Source of the DNA: Octopus sinensis
Taxonomy: Eukaryota
NCBI RefSeq assembly: GCF_006345805.1
Contig: NC_043017.1
Coordinates: 28,458,001-28,522,000, forward strand
Direction: 5' to 3'
Length of the DNA stretch: 64,000 nt
Made by a program: the position numbers and the translations under genes. The number at the start of each line of letters is the position of its first letter. Within the stretch, counting starts at the first letter, position 1. Positions 37,469-52,106 of this stretch are shown piece by piece. The notes under the pieces were generated by a model. It was not told the origin of the DNA. It made no database searches and was given only the letters and a program-made list of their open reading frames with translations.

Positions 37469-37993
37469 TCTCTCTCTCTCTCTCTCTCCTCTCTCTTATA
37501 CAGACAGATAGAGAAATGAAGAAAGTGGGAGATAGATTAAGCGACAGAGTGAGTGAGACGCAAAGAAAGAAATTCGTAGTGTTCAACTACCTCATTATTC
37601 ATTGCTGATTCCAGTATCTGATAGCTTTTAGAGATAGCTTTTAGCTATAGTTGGCACCGTTAATTTCTTGCGAAAGGAATATAATCTCAAGCTGTTCCAA
37701 TGATCGGCTTTGGTCCCTATAGAGACAGAGAGATTGAAGAGATCTGAATAGGTGTGAAAATTGAGGCAAAATGTTTGCTTGTTTTAAAAGGAACAATATA
37801 ATACTAGTTGCTCGTAAGTAACTCAATGTCACTTTGCACTTGACGTATTTGAATGAAGAGGAGTTGTCTAGACATAGCAGAAGAAGACAGAACTGGAAGA
37901 AATTTGTCTATTGATTGCAGCTCCAGTGTTTTCTTTTTTTTTTTCTTGTCAAAGTGGACATCGAATATAGAGACTTCCATTTCGAGCTGTTAC

Positions 37994-38412
37994 AGAACTT
38001 TTCGGTTTGAACGGCAGGTTTTTCGAGCGGTGTCATATGAAATTGTCACCCATAATTATGACCCTAGTATTGATCTATTGCATTTCAATCTATTTTAGGG
38101 TTTGGGTTAGGAGTGGGGGGAAGGGTATCTCTTTTTCTTCACAAATCTAAATAAAGCCAATCTGTTTTTTTTAACGAGGGACATATTCATACGGCACAGA
38201 ATGTTGTTTACCTCAATAGACGTGAGTAATTGGTGGAAATTGCAGAAATTGAAGAAAAACAACAACAAATATCTTACAAAGTATAGGATTTTCTCAATAA
38301 AGCCAAGAGAAAAAGATGTTTTATAAACACATTCTACCAGTATTCGAAGTTTTAAAATGTTTTAGTTACCTAGAAATTATGTTTAAAACTGCCGTTCAAA
38401 CCGAAAAGATCC
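37994..38412 (+). mobile_element. Merlin-like MITE
   Basis: TIRs cttttcggtttgaacggcag and ctgccgttcaaaccgaaaagatcc. Colinear with 49222. Confidence 0.9.
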
Positions 38413-38791
38413 ATGATGACTTTTATATCTTAAAGAGGCAGGGAAGATTTTCCTGAGTTCGTGGAAATTATTTTGGCGTGGGATAAAAAGAGTTCTTTGT
38501 GGAAATGGAAGGTGAGAATGCTGGAAGTTGGTACACGCAGTTCAGACCTATCGAAAGCAAAAAAGTTATTTTGGGGTGGATGAATTTCAAAATAATTTGT
38601 AAGATTTAGCTTTTGCTAAAACTAGGAGATCTCCTGCGACATTGACTGCTGCGGGATGTGGAGGTGATTCAACTAACTGAAGAGCTTCAGTTTCCTCTCT
38701 ACCAGTTCCTGGTGGGTGGGAGACGGCTATCATATGCAAATACACACTGTTCGTGCAACATATATGTATATATATATATACATACATGAAT

Positions 38792-38827
<36 letters not shown>

Positions 38828-39074
38828 CTATTTATCTACATATATAAGAATTTACATGCACACACATATTTATAGACATGTCGACATATATTCATATATA
38901 TGTATATATATATATACATATCCATATATATCATATATATGTATATATATATATAATATCCACAGAAACACAAACACAAACACATACACACACATAGAAA
39001 TGAGCGTATATATCTATATAAGTGTTTATGTATGTTATATAAGTGTTTATCTATATTTCTAGTGTCATATATAA

Positions 39075-39116
<42 letters not shown>

Positions 39117-39519
39117 GAACAGGCTAGGTAAATATTTCCATATGACTTTGTGTATGTATCAACAGTTTCGAGTACATTTTCACGTTTAACAGGAATTGAT
39201 GAATAAATAAAAATATTTACCATACATGTGTTAAATGTAACATGGAAATGAAAACAGAAGACACTTGGACACATGTAGACTACTCCTAACATACACTCAT
39301 ATACAGCAACAAGCAACCACAAAAATTGACACACTGCTATATCAATATGTACGCATATATATGGATATATATGTGCATATATATATACCTGTATATGTAT
39401 GTATGTGTATAGGTATATACATGTAAATACCCATGAATATCCCCACACATCTACATATGGTACATATATTCATACATGTAGATATTATGCGTTGTTATTC
39501 TGTTATTACTGATCGTTAT

Positions 39520-39843
39520 GTTATTTATTATTATCCCTTATGATATTACTAATATATTGACCAATATATATTTGTTATGTTATTGTTGTTATTGGTGGTG
39601 TTGTTATAATCAACATTATTTTTCATGTTGTTATTATCATTATATATTATATAATAAAAATAATGATGACGATAATGATAATAATAATATTAATAATAAT
39701 TATTATTATTGTTGTTGTCATTATTATTATTGTTATTATTATTATTGTTGTTGTCATTATTATTATTGTTATTATTATTGTTGTTGTTGTCATTATTATT
39801 ATTATTATTATTATCATTATTATTATCATCATTATCATTATTA
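39520..39843. repeat. (TTA/TTG/TCA) triplet repeats
   Basis: Direct reading. Confidence 0.85.
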
Positions 39844-39847
39844 TATA

Positions 39848-40075
39848 GGCGGCGAGCTGGCAGAAACGTTAGCACGCCGGGCGAAATGCTCAGCAGCTTT
39901 TCGTCTCTCTTTACATTCTGAGTTCAAATTCCGCTGTGGTCGACTTTGCCTTTCATCCTTCCGTAGTCGATCAATTAAGTACCAGTTACGCACTGGGGTC
40001 GATGTAATCGACTTAATCCCTTTGCCAGTCCTCGTTTTTTCCCTCTATGTTTAGCCCCATGTGGGCAATAAAGAA
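39848..40075 (+). mobile_element. Full-length SINE family A
   Basis: Head through tail agccccatgtgggcaataaagaaa. Confidence 0.9.
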
Positions 40076-40801
40076 AGAAGAAAAGATTATTATCATTATT
40101 GTTGTTGTTTTTGTTGTTGTTATAATAATAATCATAATAATTATTATTATCATTTTATCATTATTCTTATCATCGCTGCTACAATCACCACGAAGCCGGA
40201 CCAATTAACGATGCTGCAAATAGAACACATACTACTACTACTACTACTACTACTACTGTAATATTTCGTTCCCTTTCCTATTTATTAATACAATAATTAT
40301 TTAAGCGTCAACGATTTGTTTTTCTTGTTTGCATTCACAATATGGTTTTCATCACGTTATTTCTTTGATATAGGCATATATTATTTGTATACTATTTTCC
40401 ATTTAATATATTATTATTTGTTTTTCACTGTATTTTCAGATTTCAATTTGATGCAACAAAATTCAATGTCAGTTTTGCGTGAGGTAGGGTAACTCTGTAT
40501 GAAACAATAAAAGGCATTACATGCATTTTCCTAATGAATCCAGTCTTTTCAAACTTTTCATTCATTCTATTCTTTAGATGTTTAATATACGAGAAGAGAG
40601 CAGAGTATCATTTTTCTATTATTTAATTATTGTCAAAAATAAATACATTGACACACACACACACACACAGATACATTCATCCATATGTGCGTGCCTGTCT
40701 TTGTATGAATATATATAGAATTACATATATATAATATACGTATGTATATACATATATATATACGTATGTATGTATATCCCTATATATATATATATATACG
40801 C

Positions 40802-40832
<31 letters not shown>

Positions 40833-40883
40833 ATATAGATATGTATGTATATACACTATATATATACACAAGTATATATAGAC

Positions 40884-40930
<47 letters not shown>

Positions 40931-42999
40931 TATATATATACATACAACTTTTTGTATATATACTTCTTTATATGGACACGCACACATGTGAACAAAAGTT
41001 CATTAATACTTAAGCATAATATGCATATATATATATATATACATATATATGTGTGTGTGTGAGTGTGTGAGTGTATATCAGTTTGTGTTATACAAAAGCA
41101 TATATATACTTATAAAACAATTGTATTTCGCGTACCGATACAAACATATAGAAATACACAAATGAATGCATGCGCCAACCAGCATCCACACTGAAGCGTA
41201 AGCTTACACACATAGACACACCCAAGCATACGCCTACATGCACATATATCATTATTTATACTATGCTATTTATGAAACGGTTCACAGTTAATTGCGTATA
41301 TACAATTACCACGTTGTTTATGAGTCATTCCACTGAAAATGATTAAATCTTCTGGTTTACATAAGATCTCCCCTCTTCATTGTGAGAGATTTTATTTATC
41401 CTATCACGGAATATTTTGTTTATCGTTATATATGTTTTCTCAACGTTAGAATCTTTGGCTGAAGGAGAAAAAAAAGCTGATAGGAACAAAGAAATGGGGA
41501 GATAAACAAATTAAACATAACAATATTCTTTTGTTTAGTTTTATCATGGCGATTCCAATTTGATTTCGAATAATTTTTGCACACACTTGTTCCCAAAATA
41601 CATTTGATATGTGCCTACATACTTGTGAATATCTATCTATCTATCCATCTATCTATCAATCTATCTGCTTCTCGGTTTGTCTGTCTGTCTGTCCGTATAT
41701 ACATTCGCTTGTACGTACATACACCACGCACATTTTATATATATACACCATTATATATATATATATATATATAATATATTTATATTATATTATATAATAT
41801 AATATATATATATATATTATATTATATGATATTATATATATATTATATATATATAATATATAATATATTTATATTATATTATATAATATAATATATATAT
41901 ATATATTATATTATATGATATTATATATATATATATATATATATAATATTATATTATATATATATTATATATATATATACACACACACATACATATATAC
42001 GAATACAAGCACACAAATACATATACTTATGTGTGTACTGATATCTGTAAATGTAAACACACATACACACACTCATATATATATATATAGATATATATAT
42101 ATATAATATTATATTATATATATATATATGTATGCGTGTCTGTGTATTATATATATGTATATATTTGCAGATACGTATATATACCCATACGACTATATAT
42201 GGCAAGAAGAGAGACAAAGATGTTTATGTATCTATATGAAGAAAAGCATATACATAGAAACATACATACATATGTGAATATATGTAAGTGTATATTTGTA
42301 TGTGTGTGTGTATGTTTATAGAATGATAGGGTGCCTGAGAGGGAGCGAGTAGGGTGGAGTGAATCGATAAATAGACGGTTACAGATCGATATACGTATAT
42401 TTAATTGTTAACGTCAACATATATAAAAATATAACAAGAGATAAAGAGTGAGAGAGAGAGGGAGAGAGAAAGAGGGAATGAATGAGGGAGAGATAGATAA
42501 AGATAGATAGATAGATAGATAAGGAGAGAGAGAGAGATAGAAACACAGGGAGTGGTTTTTGTTTTGTGATGGTTCCCAACAGAAGTTTCACCGTAAATTC
42601 CGTTTTATGTAATTATCTTTAGAAAACAAGTGTATATAATGAAATTTCTAAAGCTATGACTGTTATTGCGGCTCAGCGTTGTGTGAGATCCTCACCCCTC
42701 CAGCGGTGAATACAAAAAAGGATTCTTGTTTCTGGAAACCATTATTTTTTATTAGTTGCTTAATCCTTGACAGCTGTATGCATTTCAACACGTCGAATGA
42801 CTCTTGCCTTTCAATAACAACGTTACATACAGCAAGTAATTTATAATTGTTATATATCTGGTACCGCTTGCTTTCGTATTCTATTGGAACAGAATTTGTT
42901 TTCTCTTTTTATTGTCTCCGCACTTCTCATTCATTATATCTTTATACTACAGCATTCTTTGGTTGTGTTTTTTTAAACCTTCTTATAAAGTATTTTACT

Positions 43000-43285
43000 A
43001 CTTTTAATCATTCTATTTTAGGCTAATTGTAACAGTTCACTCAAGAATTCTACTGAATTTTGTCAAGAGAACTGCGTGTGTAGTACTCATTTTACAAAAA
43101 CCGTTTTAATCATTGTATTGTAGCCTTATTGCAACATTCCACTCAAGAATTTCATTCAATTTCTTCGACAGAACTGTATGGGTAACATTGATTTTACAAA
43201 CATCCTTTTAATCATTGCATAGCAGCCTTATTGTAATACCTCACTCAAGTTTGTCGACTTTAGAACTAAGTGTCTAATTCTCATT
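43000..43285. repeat. Diverged tandem repeat, period 102 bp, ~2.5 copies
   Basis: cactcaag recurs at 43038, 43140 and 43242, with ttttaatcattg and gccttattg in register. Confidence 0.75.
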
Positions 43286-45608
43286 TTTTAAACACTTTAA
43301 AAGAGAAAAAATAAAATCGACTCCTCTGGTAAAAAAAACAAAAACATACCTAGTATTCTTAAACCTGTCTTTATTCAGCACCCCGGTTTTGCTACTTCAT
43401 ACCCCCAGAAAGAAGTTTTTGAGACGCAAACGCCTGGTTTTTCTATCTTCTACGAAACAATTATGTGTTTGAAAGCATTCAATAACATCTGCTGCTATTT
43501 GCAGTTTCATGCATATCTCCATTCAAATACACTTAATACTTCACTTCCATCACAGATGCTTGTCGTTTTTGTAGTGTGTTGACTTGCGAACATCAATGAG
43601 CTATGCCAGCCGATCATAAGCCTTAGGTAGGGGATCCCATCCAGAACAGGTCAAATAATAGAAACCAGACTAATATGGACTACCTATTCCTAGTGTTGAA
43701 AATGGGTTCTGGTTGGACCAACACCCCTTTCAAGAAAAAAGTTACAAAAACATCGATGATAATTTAGAACCAGAAAAATCTGGAGAGGATCACAGCCCTA
43801 AGTAGAGAACAATGTAGAAATGTCATGGCTTATACTCAGAACGGATTGAAGGGCTTGGAAAAATTGATATAATTCACTTGTGGGTGGAAAGCATGTCACA
43901 GATTTGAATCTGGTCGAGCATAATCGCAAGAAGTAATAGTATTATTTATTTTGCCAAATATTAAAAACTTTATCCTTTTGTAATCAGTCATTTAAACATT
44001 ATTTGCTTATAAGTACATACCAGAACATATGTTCCCATTGTAGATGCTCAATGTATGTTTTCTGCCCCCCATATTATTTTATTGAAACATTTTCATAAAA
44101 TTTTAAAATGTAAGCTTAACAAATGTGGTCGTCTAGTATTTTTTAATTTTTTTTTTTTGCCCATGAATCTTTTGCATCAAAATGTATCAAGATCGCAGAT
44201 TTCAAGCTAGAAGTTTAAGATTGTAATTAAGTAAAAAATAAAACATATGTGAGTTGTGGTAGAGAAACTTAGATATGCTTATCAATTGAAGAGAAATAAC
44301 CGCTTAAAATAAATATTCCTCGTACCTAATTGGAAGAAATGAAGACCGATGATTTTAAAATTCATTATAAATCTATCGTATTTAACCTGAAATTGTTGAG
44401 CACAATTCTCTTTTATCAGTTCTGAAATTAATATTTATAGCACTACAAGGAATGTGGAGTAGCAGGAGCAACAGAGCTTCGGACTACTCTCTGAATAACT
44501 TTGTGTATTTAATCCAACATTGGATTAATATTTAATACAATATTTAATATTTATATGATATCTACTAAGAAATTTTAATTCTTTACAGTAATAGATGTAC
44601 TACACACGAATTATCGACCGATTCAAAGTACTAGTTTTGTTAATGGTGGTTTTTAAGAACCCATTTACAAGCGTGAATACATGAAAAGCCAGTCTCAATA
44701 CTCGTTTTTAAAGGGCGCCGCCTGGAAAATAGAATTGTGTATAATTCTTCAAGGGAGGGATAACAGAAATAATTTCCAATCTTATAAGCCTATAATTTCC
44801 CATTCCACAAAAAAAAGAAACTTTTTTCACGTCATTCAGGTTCCAAATAAATTTACTGAGGCTGGCTCTAGAAGACTTGTTCCTGTTATTAAAGATCTAA
44901 ATATGATTAGATATGGCTCACTTTATAGAATTTTGCATTGGCCCTACGTAATAGAAACTTTTACCTTACATCTGTAAACAACATGTTTTGCTTATAATAA
45001 TTTTAAAATAAACATTTACTGCTAACCTTGCAAACACAAAATATATTTTCATAACTACTCGTATTATTATTATTATTATTATTATTATTCTGTTTTATAT
45101 CATTACATTCAGTATGATTGCTATTTGCCATATTACCTATATTCGAGAGGTTGAGATGGGATTTAATTTGAGTTGTTTCCCCTTGTACACTAGATTACAC
45201 AAGTACGCTTCTCTCACTAACATTTATTCTAATATATAAGCAAGAATATATACAAGCATTTACAAACGTACAAATATAGATACATAAATATTTTAAACAC
45301 ACACACACGCGCACATACATACATATGTATATGTATACATATACACAGAAGTGACTGAATACGGATATTAGATCCAGGCTGGTATATTTGAAGCACTATA
45401 ATATGATCCAAGTTGTGGTTAACCGCATCGAATGAAATGGAATAACTCGGGATTATTTAATAACACGATATCTAATTAACAGAGGCATATGCAGGACAAA
45501 GGTTTACTCCGAATATACTGTACAAAACAACGTAATAGTAAAAATGGTGCGGATATATAATTCTCCTTTATCTTAATGTATTTTAATTGTGTATATACAC
45601 GTATATGT

Positions 45609-45658
<50 letters not shown>

Positions 45659-45848
45659 AGATAGATAGATTCAAATGAATATGGTACTTCAGTTAGATGC
45701 ACCAGAATTTTGTATGGTGTTATCTATATAAATCCATGGGGTGATTATAATCAAAATAAATGGCTGATGATTGATTAACATTTTAAAACTGTTGTAATAC
45801 TTACAAAGTTTAATAAAATGATGTAGCGTGAAACGATCGTGTATATAT

Positions 45849-45881
<33 letters not shown>

Positions 45882-46173
45882 GGGCGAGTGTCATATATGT
45901 ATGAATATAGCTGAAACACTCCTGTCACAACCTGGGACCTTGAACATTGCTTAAATGCAAGAAAGTATACTAGTCCCTTAATATTTGATATTCAATATTT
46001 CATCTAATCAATAACACTAACAATACTTCATTTCATTTTACTGTATATACTATTTATACTATATATTCTATATTCTACATTAATATTATAAAGAATATAA
46101 ATAAAACATAACAAACAGACAGAGTTGGAATTCCTTTGAATAATATATAGATATATATATATACATATGCGTG

Positions 46174-46204
<31 letters not shown>

Positions 46205-46298
46205 CAGAGTAAACACATAAATGAGAAACAAGGTGGAAAAAAGAGTACTCAAATACCAGGGGTAGAGTAATTGGCATATCGGTTCTATTCTAGCAAAC

Positions 46299-46338
46299 TC
46301 TGTCCGACGAACGGGAACGTGAAACTCAGAGTAACAGG
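46299..46338 (+). ncRNA. Type I hammerhead candidate (U4C core variant, palindromic stem III)
   Basis: UCUGU CCGACGA ACG-GGAA-CGU GAA ACUC-A-GAGU A ACAGG. It lies in a ~170-bp island between (TA)n runs, with AAUAAA downstream. Confidence 0.6.
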
Positions 46339-47097
46339 TTTTGTTGAATTTTCTGCTGCTTTTAAATAAAGTATATATATATATCTATATATACGTATAT
46401 GTATGTTTATATATATTTGCATATATGCATGTGTATAAATATACTTATATGTATGTGTATATATATATAGTACACGTACGCTCACACACTCATGCAGACA
46501 CACACATATATACACATACATATTCACTCATATTCGGTGCGAGTAAACTTTTACATATGTGAAATACAGAATATTTAATTTCAACTGAATTTGAAATTTA
46601 GTATTAAATTTACTATACTGAAAATCAATTAATTAAGTATCAGTGCTGTAAATAATTAATTTCTAATTTAAGGCATGAGGAGAAATTTTAATTGAAATTA
46701 TAATTCCTTTAAAATTGAACGTTCAATATTTCATGTGCGTAAAAGGTTCTTAATATCATCAGTGTATTTAAATATATGTCTGTATGAACGTAATTAATTA
46801 TGAATGAATATGCGTTGCTAGGACAAATGGTTGAAAAGCTTCGTACACAAGCACTAGTATGCATTTCAATCGCTTTGCCTGGCATCTAACGCCTCTTAAT
46901 TTTGCATTAACCTCGTGTCAACGCAAGCTTTCGCCTGCTTTACACAAATACATTATGCGGTCAGTTTTGTTCTATGCTATGCTTCGCTCATATATCTCAC
47001 TGACACACACACAAACACACACACAAATACACACACGTGCACAGATACACATAAACTCTACACCTGATATGTATTATTTTATTCTTTTAGTTATTTC

Positions 47098-47313
47098 AGT
47101 CGTTTTGACTGCGGCCATGCTGGAGCACCAACTTGAAGTGTTTTTTTGTCGAATAATTCAACACCCACAACTTATTTTTAAGCGTAATATTTACTCTGTC
47201 GCTAACTTTTGCTGAACCGCTAAGTTACGGAGGGACTTAAACACACCAATACTGGTTGTTAAGCAATGATGGTGGAAGGGGGAATTGCACAGACACACAC
47301 ACACACACACACA

Positions 47314-47344
<31 letters not shown>

Positions 47345-47625
47345 TATATTATTAATATTTGAGGGAATAAAATCCAAAACTTACAAGGAAAAAATTCAAT
47401 TTAGAAATACTAAATTAAATTTCACACAATATAATATATTTTATATAAAATTGTATATATATATATATGCCTTCTTTCAGTTTCCGTCTACCAAATCCAC
47501 TCACAACGCTTTGGTCGGCCCGAGGCTATAGTAGAAGACAGTTGCCCAAGGTGCCACGCTGTGGGACTGAAGCCGAAACCATGTGGTTGGGAATCAAGCT
47601 TCTTACCACACATATACCGCCTGCG
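47098..47625 (-). mobile_element. SINE family B with extra internal sequence
   Basis: Tail at 47098 and head at 47470-47625 match family B. Confidence 0.8.
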
Positions 47626-47689
47626 ACTATATATGTACTTTAGGTTAAAATATATTTGCGTGATATTTTAAATTCTAAAGTCAACTTCC

Positions 47690-48490
47690 CTGCAGTTACC
47701 TTTGAGAAAAACTCTCTCTCTTATGGTAAAAGGTGTAAAAACAACACATTTTATGCAGTGCTTGCCCCTATCAAATTCCCAGACGGTCATTTCTTACTTT
47801 AACCTACCTCAATGGCAGATACTGAAGATATATAACCCTGGGCAGATTCAAAGCCGCAGATTTAACAAAAAAAATCAGTCAATATCAGTGGTTGATTTGC
47901 GCTTTTGGTCCTCTTGATCGGGATAAATATAACAACATCAACGCCAAGCAATGATATGTAATAAACGAAATTAAGTTGAGTTACAATATTTTTTGACATT
48001 TATTTGTAAGTACAATGCAGTTACCGTGGAGACAAAAATTCTCATTTAAAGGAAAATGTGTAAAATCACCATATCTGCTTAGCGCGTCCATATATCGGTT
48101 TCTCGCCCCTTCGCCTTCTTCAATGGAAAATACCGAAGATATATAACCCTGGGCAGATTCAAAGCCGCAGATTTAACAAAACATCAGTCAATATCAGTGG
48201 CTGCTTTGCGCTTTTGGTCCTCTTGATCGGGATAAATATAACAACATCAACGCCAAGCAATAATATGTAATAAACGAACTTAAGATGAGTTATATTTTTT
48301 GACATTATTTTAATGCAGTTACCGTGGAGAGAAAAAAATCTCATTTAAAGGGAAAGGTGTAAAAACACCATATCTGTTCAGCGCTTCCATCTATCCTAGA
48401 CGACCGTTTCTCGCCCCTTCGCCTTCCTCAATGGAAAATACCGAAGATATATAACCCTGGGCAGATTCAAAGACGTAAATTTAACTTTTT
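47690..48490. repeat. Tandem repeat, period ~310 bp, ~2.6 copies
   Basis: gaagatatataaccctgggcagattcaaag recurs at ~47824, ~48134 and ~48442. Confidence 0.9.
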
Positions 48491-49221
48491 AAAAATCGAT
48501 CAACTAAGTTGCGCTATTGCGCTAATACTATTATATTTATCCCGAATAAGAGATCGAATCACTCAACTCAGTCAGCGATGGCGGCTAGGATATTTGCCTC
48601 CGTATCTAGAAATATATAGACGATTAGATACACGAAAGATCGACAAATAAATAAATAGTTGGATGCGTATTTGTGTGTGTCTATGTATGAATGTTTCAGA
48701 CCATGTGTGTATATGCACATATATGCATATGCATACATATATTGATGTTTCTATGCTTGCTTGTGTGCACATGCATGTCTGTGAGCATGTATGTATGTAT
48801 TCTATTACAAGTGTACGTATGAGGTTAGACGAGATAGGAACAGATCGGAAATGATTATTCATATGCATTTATTTTATAAATTCTGAATAGATAACGATAT
48901 GACCCCGTTTTGGAAATACACAGCCATATCACGAAATATGACACTAGTAACGGGATTAATACTATTTGTAAATATCGATAAGTCTTTGGAATAAATTACT
49001 GGTCCTGATATGTAAATATCCTAAGCTGGACTGAGGGGTAGCCGTATTAATATCATCAACATCTGCAAGAACAACAATAACAAACGAAACCATTTTCAAT
49101 TGAGCAAAACCATTAACAATAATATTGAAAATATTTATTCAGTTGAAATTAAAACATGAAAATCTGTGTGAAACGAATAAAGAAAAATGCAGAAAGAAAT
49201 GGCGTTCTTAAAAAATCAATA

Positions 49222-49638
49222 GGATCTTTTCGGTTTGAACGGCAGTTTTTTCTAGCAGTGTCATATGAAATTGTCACCCATAATTATAACCCTAATATCG
49301 ATCTATTGCATTTCAATCTATTTTAGGGATAGGGTTAGGGATGTGGGGAAGGGTGTATTTTTTCTTCACAAATGTAAATAAACGCAATCTGTTTCTTAAA
49401 CGAGGGACATATTCATACGGCACAGAATGTTGTTTACCTCAATGGACGTCAGTGATTGGTTGAAATTGAAGAAATTGAAGCAAAAACAACGACAAATATC
49501 TTACAAACTATAGAATTTTCTCAATAAAGCCAAGAGAAAAAGATGTTTTATAAACACATTCTACCAGTATACAAAGTTTATATTTTTTTAGTTACCTAGA
49601 AATTATGTTAAAATCTGCCGTTCAAACCGAAAAGATCT
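49222..49638 (+). mobile_element. Merlin-like MITE with perfect 8-bp TSD
   Basis: AATCAATA|GGATCTTTTCGGTTTGAACGGCAGTTTT...AATCTGCCGTTCAAACCGAAAAGATCT|AATCAATA. Confidence 0.9.
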
Positions 49639-50014
49639 AATCAATATAATACAACAAATTCTAGAGGTTAAAAAAACTGAAGAAAATTCTGTTCACGAAA
49701 ATATTCTTATACTATCACGCTTCTACCATAAAAAGATATTTGAACAAAGTATCAAAATAATGTACGTGGCAGATATAAAATATGTAATGGTATAGTACGT
49801 TACAATAAAGGATGTTTGAGTTAAGTAAAAAGAAATGTCGGTAAAATTTTCACCCCCAATAAATTAAAAAAAAAAAACGAAAACAGCTTAATCTATAACA
49901 TGTTACTGCAAATATGGCATAGTATAGTTGACGATGTACTCGTTAAAATGGTAAGGTCTACAATCAACAGGTAAGCATGTAAGGTTTCCTAGTTACTCAG
50001 TCACAGCAGTTTTC

Positions 50015-50392
50015 TATCGAAATGGAGGTGCAAAAGAAAGTTTCCAAATACAAAGACCTGGAAATAGAGGTAACTCGAATGAGTAATCTAAAAACAGAAA
50101 CAATTCCTATCATAGTGGGCACATTAGGTATGATAAAAAAATATTCAGACAAATACATTACAAAAACACCAGGACTTAAATATATATATATATATATAAT
50201 ATGCAGAAAATTGCACTACTGGGCACTGCACACATCCTACGCAACACAATTTCAATACAGTAACAATAAGAGCATTACAACAAACCACAGCACATAGCCA
50301 AGGCACACAGAGCTGTGCTCGGTAGTGAAGTCAAACCTCGTAATAAAAATAAAACTACTGAATAATAGTAATAATAATAATAATAATAATAA
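50015..50392 (+). mobile_element. R4/Dong-like LINE 3' end with (AAT)n tail
   Basis: KVSKYKDLEIEVTRMSNLKTETIPIIVGTLGMIKK...MQKIALLGTAHILRNTISIQ*, 3' UTR, then (aat)n. Confidence 0.85.
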
Positions 50393-51669
50393 ATGCCATG
50401 ATGCAGTACCAGGCAGTGGCTCTCATGGCTTCTGATCTTAGCTGATTGGAAGTGTTATCATGTACTTTGTTTTGTCTTGGTATAAAAGATGGTCTTCAGC
50501 AAATATTCTGCTCAATACCACAGATTTGCTTCTCAGTTGTTTAACCTTAACCAGGTGAGCGTGTCCCTTAATGGCTGACGATATGTACATCTCTGATCAA
50601 GAGTAGAAGTAGTGGGGAGGGGACATCATAGGCATGTCTTGAGAGGGATTCTTTGAGGTTTGAATGATTCACCTCTGGAAACATGGGTGTTTCATTCAAC
50701 ATCCTTAAACAACCCTTAATCATGGACCTTTTGAGTGGGATGGGTTATCCAACCAGAAGAAAATTCTAACTGGGCCCCACTCGCAAGCTCATGTGCTATT
50801 TATCTTGTTATGAGATCACCATGTCGCGCACATATGTTTGTGATGCATGTGCCTGGTGTACCCTTATCAGACGGGTAGTCATGATGGGTATACTTGCCTT
50901 TGTATATTTTACCCCTGTGTCACTTTGATGGCATGCACTGCTCTCTCACTAAATAATAATAACTACAACAACAACAGCAACAGTAGCAACAATATTAAGA
51001 AGAACAAACATAACAGCTACATCAAAAATGATAACGCTTTTCATTATAGACACAAAGCCTAAAATATGGGCAGGGCGTGATTTAGTTGACCCCTTTACTC
51101 AACTGCTAATTAGTTCTTAGTTTATCGACCCCGAAAGAATAAAAGGCAAAGTCGACTTTTGTGGCACTTGAAATAAGAACGCAAAGAGCCGGAGGTAATG
51201 GAGTTAAGCATTTATCTTCTTGTCATAAAAGAGTTGCATGCCCTCCCGTTACAAATCGCATAAATCTAATATTGTTTCCATGATTTTAAGAAACTATATC
51301 CACGGAATCTTGTTACACTTGAATTGCCCTTCACCACTCTCCATTAATGCCGTGATTCGTATTTAAGACTTGTCACATGCGAGAAAGCTTAGCATATAAA
51401 TAGTAACTTTACAAACACCTTGCGAATCAAAGACACGGGAACTATGATATAATTTTGTAAAACACCTCGGTCAGTTATATAATTCCTTGGTCCGACAAAA
51501 TATTTTGACGTATGACGACAAAAGTATTACATTCGAAGTAAGTTAAATATACATGTATCTTTTTTTATATTTTTGTTAGTATGCTGAGTGTGAAAATATC
51601 ATATATATTGGACTTACAATGACACGTAAGTGCTGCGTCATCTTGCATTTGATATTCTCTTCCTCACTC

Positions 51670-51683
51670 TCTCTGTCTCTCTC

Positions 51684-51736
<53 letters not shown>

Positions 51737-51767
51737 TGTCTGTATTGTATATATGTAATACGTTCTT

Positions 51768-51801
<34 letters not shown>

Positions 51802-52070
51802 TATATATGCATAAATATATATTTGTGTATATATATGTGTGTGTGTGTAGGTATAAATATATATATATGTATGTATATATATGTGTGTGTGTGTATATAT
51901 ATATATATAATGTATGTATATATATATATATGTATATATATATATGTATCTATGTATATATATGTATCTATGTATATATATATATATGTATATATATGTA
52001 TCTATGTATATATATGTATCTATGTATATATATGTATCTATGTATATATATGTATCTATGTATATATATG

Positions 52071-52106
<36 letters not shown>

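Noticed and set aside
46711-46765. Minus-strand CUGAUGA...GAAA followed by the palindrome AUUGAACGUUCAAU
   Set aside because: Neither stem I nor stem II can form.
48576-48620. ATGGCGGCT start-like context (MAARIFASVSRNI)
   Set aside because: Stop after 13 codons and no convincing splice donor.
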